DNA of 40,000 nucleotides from Bacillota bacterium. GTDB taxonomy: Bacteria; Bacillota; Clostridia; TANB77; CAG-465. Below the pieces are notes generated by a model. That model was not told where the DNA came from and did not search any database. It saw only the letters and a list, made by a program, of their open reading frames with translations. The position numbers and the translations under genes are program-made. This document shows positions 35,069 to 40,000 of the stretch, in pieces. Positions within the stretch are counted from its first letter, which is position 1. Every line of letters starts with the position of its first letter. The stretch is taken from contig JAEWPS010000011.1 in NCBI GenBank assembly GCA_023460515.1, positions 8,023 through 48,022 of the forward strand. Direction: 5' to 3'.

Positions 35069-36302
35069 GTTTTTCAATTTCCTTAACACGTTTCTCTATA
35101 TTATTTATACTCCTAACTTCTCCAGTTAGACCAATTTCAGCTATGAAAACGTATGAAGGAGGTATTACAATATTCTTATAACTTGATACTATTGAAATTG
35201 CTAGTGCTAAATCTACAGCAGGTTCATCAATTTTTATACCACCTATTACATTTACATAAATATCATTCATTCCAAGTGATATATTACACCTTTTTTCTAA
35301 AACTGCAATTACCATATTAAATCTATTAAAATCTACTCCATTGGCTACTCTTCTAGGCATATTATAATATGAATGTGACGTTAATGCTTGTACCTCTAAA
35401 AGTATTGTAGAATTGCCCTCTAAAGTTCCTGTTATTGCTGTTCCAGGTAACATATTTTCATTATTAGATAAAAACACATCAGATATATTTGTAACTTCTT
35501 TAAGTCCACTATCACACATTTCAAATATACCAATCTCATTGGTAGATCCAAATCTATTTTTAACACTTCTAACTATTCTATTTGAGAAAAATCTTTCTCC
35601 TTCAATATATATTACTGTATCTACCATATGTTCAAGTACCCTAGGGCCTGCAATAGTTCCATCTTTAGTAACATGTCCTATCACAATTGTCGTAACTAGT
35701 TTTCTTTTTGCCAAATACATTAGTCTAGCAGTTACTTCTTTTACTTGCGATACGCTGCCAGCACCAGATGGAATATCTGAATCATACATAGTTTGAATAG
35801 AATCTATAATACAAAATTTAGGGTCTACAGATTCTATTTTGTTTTCTATTTCTGCTATATTAGTTTCATTTAAAAATAAAATATTTGGAGAAGAAATTGC
35901 TAATCTATCACATCTTAATTTTACTTGTGTCTCAGATTCTTCACCAGATATATATAAAACTTTCCCATGCTTAGCTAGATTATTACAAATTTGCATAATT
36001 AAAGTTGATTTACCTATTCCAGGTTCTCCACCAACAAGTGAAATTGAACCTTCAACTACTCCACCACCGAAAACTCTATTTAATTCTTCATAACCAGTAT
36101 CTATTCTTATAGTATCTGAAATTTTAATATCTTCTAATTTTTTAACTTCAGATTTACTATTAAAAGTCCTATTTTGCTTTTTATCCTTAATTATCTTTTC
36201 TTCCACAAAAGAGTTCCAATTATCACAACTAGGACATTTTCCAAGCCATTTACTGCTTTCATATCCACATTCTTTACAAAAGAATACTGTAGTTTGCGCC
36301 AT
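35058..36302 (-). CDS. radA: DNA repair protein RadA/Sms (as encoded: truncated by a frameshift near the 3' end)
   Basis: N-terminal zinc finger CKECGYESSKWLGKCPSCDNWNS, Walker A GGEPGIGKST, KNRFG motif and a Lon-like C-domain. The annotated frame ends at ...VKEIEKLRI*, about 40 aa short. Confidence 0.9.
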   Translation of the reverse strand: MAQTTVFFCKECGYESSKWLGKCPSCDNWNSFVEEKIIKDKKQNRTFNSKSEVKKLEDIKISDTIRIDTGYEELNRVFGGGVVEGSISLVGGEPGIGKSTLIMQICNNLAKHGKVLYISGEESETQVKLRCDRLAISSPNILFLNETNIAEIENKIESVDPKFCIIDSIQTMYDSDIPSGAGSVSQVKEVTARLMYLAKRKLVTTIVIGHVTKDGTIAGPRVLEHMVDTVIYIEGERFFSNRIVRSVKNRFGSTNEIGIFEMCDSGLKEVTNISDVFLSNNENMLPGTAITGTLEGNSTILLEVQALTSHSYYNMPRRVANGVDFNRFNMVIAVLEKRCNISLGMNDIYVNVIGGIKIDEPAVDLALAISIVSSYKNIVIPPSYVFIAEIGLTGEVRSINNIEKRVKEIEKLRI

Positions 36303-36321
36303 ATTATCCCCCTTTTTATTA

Positions 36322-36954
36322 TTAATTTTTATTTAACTTATTTTTAGATGCAATTCTATTTTTATAAAATAATATACAACCAATTGCAAATACAATGCAT
36401 ATAACGATTAAAGTAACTTTAGAATATGAATTAATATATCCTGCTATTTTATCCCAAGATGCACCAAAAGCAACACCTAAAAATACAAGAATTGTATTCC
36501 AAATTGCTGTTCCCAAAGTAGTTAAAACTAAAAATATTCCAAGTTTCATTTTAGTCATACCAGCTGGTATTGATATTAAACTACGGATAATAGGAATAAA
36601 TCTACAGAAAAACACTGTTAAATTACCACGTTTTATAAACCATTCTTCAGACTTTCTAACATCATCTTTTTTAAAGCCAAGTAAATTACCTATCTTTCCA
36701 TCTAATATTTTTTCTAATCTTTCTTTTGTAAGTAAACGTCCTATTCCGTATAATACTAATGCACCAGCAACAGAACCAATAGTAGAAAATATTATTACAC
36801 CTAATATTTTCATACTACTATATGTAGTCATAAATCCACCAAAAGTAAGTATTACTTCAGATGGAATCGGTGGAAATATATTTTCTATAGCAATTAATAA
36901 AGCTATTCCTAAATAACCAAATTGGTCCATTATTTTTATAATTAAATCTTGCAT
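36322..36954 (-). CDS. DedA family membrane protein
   Basis: YLGIALLIAIENIFPPIPSEVILTFGGF and FFCRFIPIIRSLISIPAGM are typical DedA/SNARE-associated motifs. Confidence 0.85.
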   Translation of the reverse strand: MQDLIIKIMDQFGYLGIALLIAIENIFPPIPSEVILTFGGFMTTYSSMKILGVIIFSTIGSVAGALVLYGIGRLLTKERLEKILDGKIGNLLGFKKDDVRKSEEWFIKRGNLTVFFCRFIPIIRSLISIPAGMTKMKLGIFLVLTTLGTAIWNTILVFLGVAFGASWDKIAGYINSYSKVTLIVICIVFAIGCILFYKNRIASKNKLNKN

Positions 36955-37005
36955 TTTTACCCCTTATATTTGTTTTTAAATAATTTAATACTTTAATTAA
37001 AATTA

Positions 37006-37364
37006 TGGTGGAGACGGCGAGAGTTGAACTCGCGTCCGAAAATTCGTTCATATAGACTTCTCCGAGTGCAGTATGCATTTAATTTAAAACTTAATATACT
37101 CTAACACATACATAAAACATATATTAGTTTAGTTACATATTATACCCATCGATCAGCAACTAGAATCGATTTTGTTATTCCAGAATCAATGATGCTTATA
37201 CAAAACCTCTGGCAAGTTCCGTATAAACAAGCTTCTTATTAACTAAGCAGCAAATGCAAATTCTTTATCTGCGTTTATATTTTTCTCTCGTTTTTATAGT
37301 GGCCCACGAGAATCCACTACTCGCTATCCATACTTCAAAATATTCGTCGATACCTTTCGTCCCC
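37006..37364 (-). ncRNA. ssrA: tmRNA (SsrA), 359 nt including encoded CCA
   Basis: 5' end GGGGACGAAAGGTATCGACG. 3' end GGACGCGAGTTCAACTCTCGCCGTCTCCACCA (T-arm plus acceptor). The acceptor stem has a G3:U70 pair. Tag ORF at 37272..37243 is GCA GAT AAA GAA TTT GCA TTT GCT GCT TAG = ADKEFAFAA*. Confidence 0.93.
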
Positions 37365-37426
37365 ATTTATAAAGTATACATATATATTATAACATATTTT
37401 TGTATAAAATACTATACTTTCAAATG

Positions 37427-37462
37427 ATAAAAAAAAAATAATGGTAATTTTATACCATTATT
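37427..37462 (-). terminator. Rho-independent terminator after the DUF421/DUF4363 pair
   Basis: AATAATGGTA (37437-37446) pairs with TACCATTATT (37453-37462), followed by a T10 run on the minus strand. Confidence 0.8.
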
Positions 37463-37473
37463 TCATTATATTA

Positions 37474-37854
37474 CTAAAATACATTTTCAATTGTTATTTT
37501 TTGCCTTTTAGATATGTGTCCTAAATTTTGTTTAAGTAATTCAGAATATACTAGTGATTCTTCTTTGTTCTTTAATTTTATGTATGTTTTAAAATTTACT
37601 AATGCAGTTTCAATATCATCTATTTCGTCATGCATTATAAAAATACTCCAGATATTCCTCATATTTCCCCAAGTCTTTTCAAGTTCAATTATATGAGTAT
37701 TTGCACCATCAAAATTATTATTTTGCACCAAATTCATAATATACTCAACATCAGACATTGCATATATTGAGGTTTCTTCTATATATTTAATTTGCCAGTA
37801 CCCCGCAATAAATAAAATTAAAATTGCAATTGTAAAAATAATAGCATTCCTCAT
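37474..37854 (-). CDS. Small membrane-anchored protein (DUF4363-like)
   Basis: N-terminal TM helix plus a helical domain. It overlaps the upstream DUF421 gene by 4 nt, a pairing I recall as typical for DUF421/DUF4363. The family call is from memory. Confidence 0.6.
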   Translation of the reverse strand: MRNAIIFTIAILILFIAGYWQIKYIEETSIYAMSDVEYIMNLVQNNNFDGANTHIIELEKTWGNMRNIWSIFIMHDEIDDIETALVNFKTYIKLKNKEESLVYSELLKQNLGHISKRQKITIENVF

Positions 37855-38489
37855 TTTTCCACCTCTTTTAATTGGTATATAAACTTTGAATTTTTATCTA
37901 TAGTACCAATTAATACATCCTCTAATTTAATTTTTTCTTTATCTAGCAATTTATTTACTTTCTCAACGTCATATCCTAGAATTTCTATGTTATTATCACT
38001 AAGCTTTCCATCTTCTATTATATTTAAAGGAATTTGCTGAACATTTTCATCCATTTTTATTACATTCAAGTCTCCATTTGTCTCAATTATTGCATACTTA
38101 ACATCTTGAATCATAAATATATCTTTTTGCCTTAATTGTGACATAAGGTCAGATATTGTATATTGCTGTTTTTTTAATTCATCTTCTAGTACTTTTCCAT
38201 TTTCAATTATTACTGATACTTTACCACATACAACCTCTTGAACTTTATTACTAGATTGTATTAAAAATGTAAATATTATGTATGTTATTAATAATGTTAC
38301 CATTGGTACAATACCATCAAATATTGATATACCTTGTGAAGCCATTGGACCAGAAGCTAAATCTGCAATAAGTATAATAATTGCAAGTTCAAATGGCTGT
38401 ACTTTAGAAAGTTCTCTCTTCCCCATTAATCTAATAACCAAAAACACAACTACATACAATATTAAAGATCTAAAAAAAATTACTAACAT
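37851..38489 (-). CDS. DUF421 (YetF-like) membrane protein
   Basis: N-terminus RSLILYVVVFLVIRLMGKRELSKVQPFELAIIILIADLA is characteristic of the YetF/DUF421 family. Confidence 0.78.
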   Translation of the reverse strand: MLVIFFRSLILYVVVFLVIRLMGKRELSKVQPFELAIIILIADLASGPMASQGISIFDGIVPMVTLLITYIIFTFLIQSSNKVQEVVCGKVSVIIENGKVLEDELKKQQYTISDLMSQLRQKDIFMIQDVKYAIIETNGDLNVIKMDENVQQIPLNIIEDGKLSDNNIEILGYDVEKVNKLLDKEKIKLEDVLIGTIDKNSKFIYQLKEVEK

Positions 38490-38567
38490 TCATATCACCT
38501 AAATTTATTTTTTGCATATTTTTACTTTTTATACAAACAATATATTTAAATGACTATGGAGGTATTT

Positions 38568-38933
38568 ATGGAAAAAACATCACGTTTAAAAAAATTTGAT
38601 TTACTAAGAATAAAACAAATGATTATTAGATTTATAACTTCACTTTCAATATTCGCAGTCACAGTGTTTTTTACACCTAACTTTAATATTTCATCTTTTC
38701 CAATATTAATTTTAAGTGCAATATGTATTATTATATTTGATTATTTAATTTCAGTTATATCTGGAATACATGATCTACCACTTGGAAGAGGTATTGTAGG
38801 ATTTGTAGCAGCTGCAATTATTATATATTCTACTCAATACTTTGTTGATGGATATTATATAAGTGTTGTGAGTAGTCTAATTGCAGCAGCAATATATGGT
38901 GTTATTAACAGTATGCTACCAAATAAAGTATAA
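38568..38933 (+). CDS. Small integral membrane protein (4 TM; possibly DUF2512/YndM-like)
   Basis: Start set at ATG 38568 after GGAGG. Hydrophobic throughout. The family assignment is tentative. Confidence 0.55.
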   Translation: MEKTSRLKKFDLLRIKQMIIRFITSLSIFAVTVFFTPNFNISSFPILILSAICIIIFDYLISVISGIHDLPLGRGIVGFVAAAIIIYSTQYFVDGYYISVVSSLIAAAIYGVINSMLPNKV

Positions 38934-38936
38934 ATA

Positions 38937-38971
38937 AAAAGTAAAGGTTATCAAAAAATATCCTTTACTTT
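38937..38971. terminator. Bidirectional terminator between convergent genes
   Basis: AAAGTAAAGG pairs with CCTTTACTTT across a 14-nt loop, with A/T runs on both sides. Confidence 0.6.
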
Positions 38972-38980
38972 AATTTTTTA

Positions 38981-39637
38981 TTATTCTACAATTGTTCCAT
39001 TATATATGATTTTTGATTTATCATTTGCTGTTACTATAATTTTTATATCTTTAATAAAATCTGGCACATCATTTATAACTATTTTTTCGCCAGTATAATC
39101 TCTATTTAAAGCACTATTTAATAAATCTCTTTCTTTTAAAACTCTCAGTATACTACCATCATATGCTTCATTATATTCAAATATTATTCTAGTAGAAACT
39201 TGATTCGCCTCTTTATCCTCTACATACTTAACTATAACATTTTTATCTGATATGTTAGTTATATTAACTTTATTTTCAAAACTCATGTTATATTCTTCGT
39301 TAGTCAAATAATATATTATATCTGATTTTATTTCCTTATTATATAAAACCTTATTTACACCATAATTAAATATACTAAACATCATACCTAAAAATAACAC
39401 TACAAATATTGTTATGATTCCTAATATATCATATTTAAGTTCTACTTCTTTTTTATACGAATAATATAATGTCTCAATACCAAGTAATATAAATACAATT
39501 GGCCATAAAGACAGTGTAAATTTAAAAAGTTCTACATTAGTTATTGTTTGAAGAAATATGTTTATACCAATAAGTATCATCATTACACCAAATGTTAGTG
39601 AACCTATCCTTCTTATCCTTTTCTTTTCATTGTCCAT
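38981..39637 (-). CDS. Membrane protein with N-terminal multi-TM region and soluble C-terminal domain (LiaF-TM-like?)
   Basis: 218 aa with four hydrophobic helices in the first ~95 aa. No motif was confidently recognised. Confidence 0.6.
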   Translation of the reverse strand: MDNEKKRIRRIGSLTFGVMMILIGINIFLQTITNVELFKFTLSLWPIVFILLGIETLYYSYKKEVELKYDILGIITIFVVLFLGMMFSIFNYGVNKVLYNKEIKSDIIYYLTNEEYNMSFENKVNITNISDKNVIVKYVEDKEANQVSTRIIFEYNEAYDGSILRVLKERDLLNSALNRDYTGEKIVINDVPDFIKDIKIIVTANDKSKIIYNGTIVE

Positions 39638-39651
39638 TATAACAATACCTC

Positions 39652-39984
39652 CTACTGCTCTTTATTACTTATAAACTTAATACCAATAGCTATTGATATT
39701 AAAGATACTATTAAAGAAGGTAAATAGCTTCTAATACTTCTTACAACATCAATTAACCATTCAATATTAGTTTCATATATTAAACTTCCTATTACATTAT
39801 TAAATAGTAAATATGCACCTATAAGTATAAGCGAAAATCCAAGAAATGAATTTTTCTTGTACTTTTCAAAACTACCCCCAAATATATCTATACCTGCCAT
39901 CTTCCATATATATTCATCTTCAACTCTATTTTCTTTGTCTATATTATTTCTAATATTATATGTATCAAAGAAGCTATATATCAT
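39652..39984 (-). CDS. Small membrane protein, hypothetical
   Basis: 110 aa with two hydrophobic segments, 14 nt upstream of the next gene. The start is uncertain, being close to the window end. Confidence 0.5.
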   Translation of the reverse strand: MIYSFFDTYNIRNNIDKENRVEDEYIWKMAGIDIFGGSFEKYKKNSFLGFSLILIGAYLLFNNVIGSLIYETNIEWLIDVVRSIRSYLPSLIVSLISIAIGIKFISNKEQ

Positions 39985-40000
39985 AATTATTGGTATTGGT

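Noticed and set aside
36857-37078. 73-aa ORF next to dedA
   Set aside because: It overlaps the 3' part of the tmRNA gene and the start of dedA, so it is an artefact.

Overview
Very AT-rich, gene-dense chromosomal segment of a Firmicutes/Clostridia-type organism, transcribed almost entirely on the minus strand. The backbone is housekeeping. It holds the hrcA-grpE-dnaK-dnaJ heat-shock operon with two CIRCE operators and a MacB-type ABC pair. An addA-pgeF-ABC-F(Lsa-like) block follows, then a long co-directional run of polysaccharide deacetylase, ABC-2 exporter, short-form alaS and a HIT hydrolase. Further on are tsaE-tsaB-rimI, a Lon-related protease, a GGDEF cyclase, dedA-radA-disA-carD, tmRNA (ssrA), a DUF4363/DUF421 pair and small membrane proteins. 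Two kinds of accessory content sit inside this backbone. (1) Three paralogous proteins have a prepilin-like leader and a C-terminal FGE-sulfatase (SUMF1)-fold domain that lacks the FGE catalytic cysteines. Two are giant tandem copies (815 and 782 aa) and one is a short 411-aa copy, with module shuffling between them. (2) Directly upstream of the 411-aa copy is a tandem cluster of three small genes sharing a novel ~35-aa N-terminal module. Two are fused to a Spo0A C-terminal DNA-binding domain with no receiver domain. One is an unannotated 53-aa N-module-only ORF. Each has its own TTGACT-N17-TATAAT promoter. Other points: a 1-nt frameshift cuts off the conserved last ~40 codons of radA. A tRNA-like 3' fragment lies in the putative leader of the GGDEF gene. 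addA has no adjacent addB. An unannotated 57-aa membrane ORF follows the ABC-F gene. I saw no CRISPR array, rRNA, intact tRNA, transposase or integrase. All calls come from reading the sequence and translations by eye; no searches were run.
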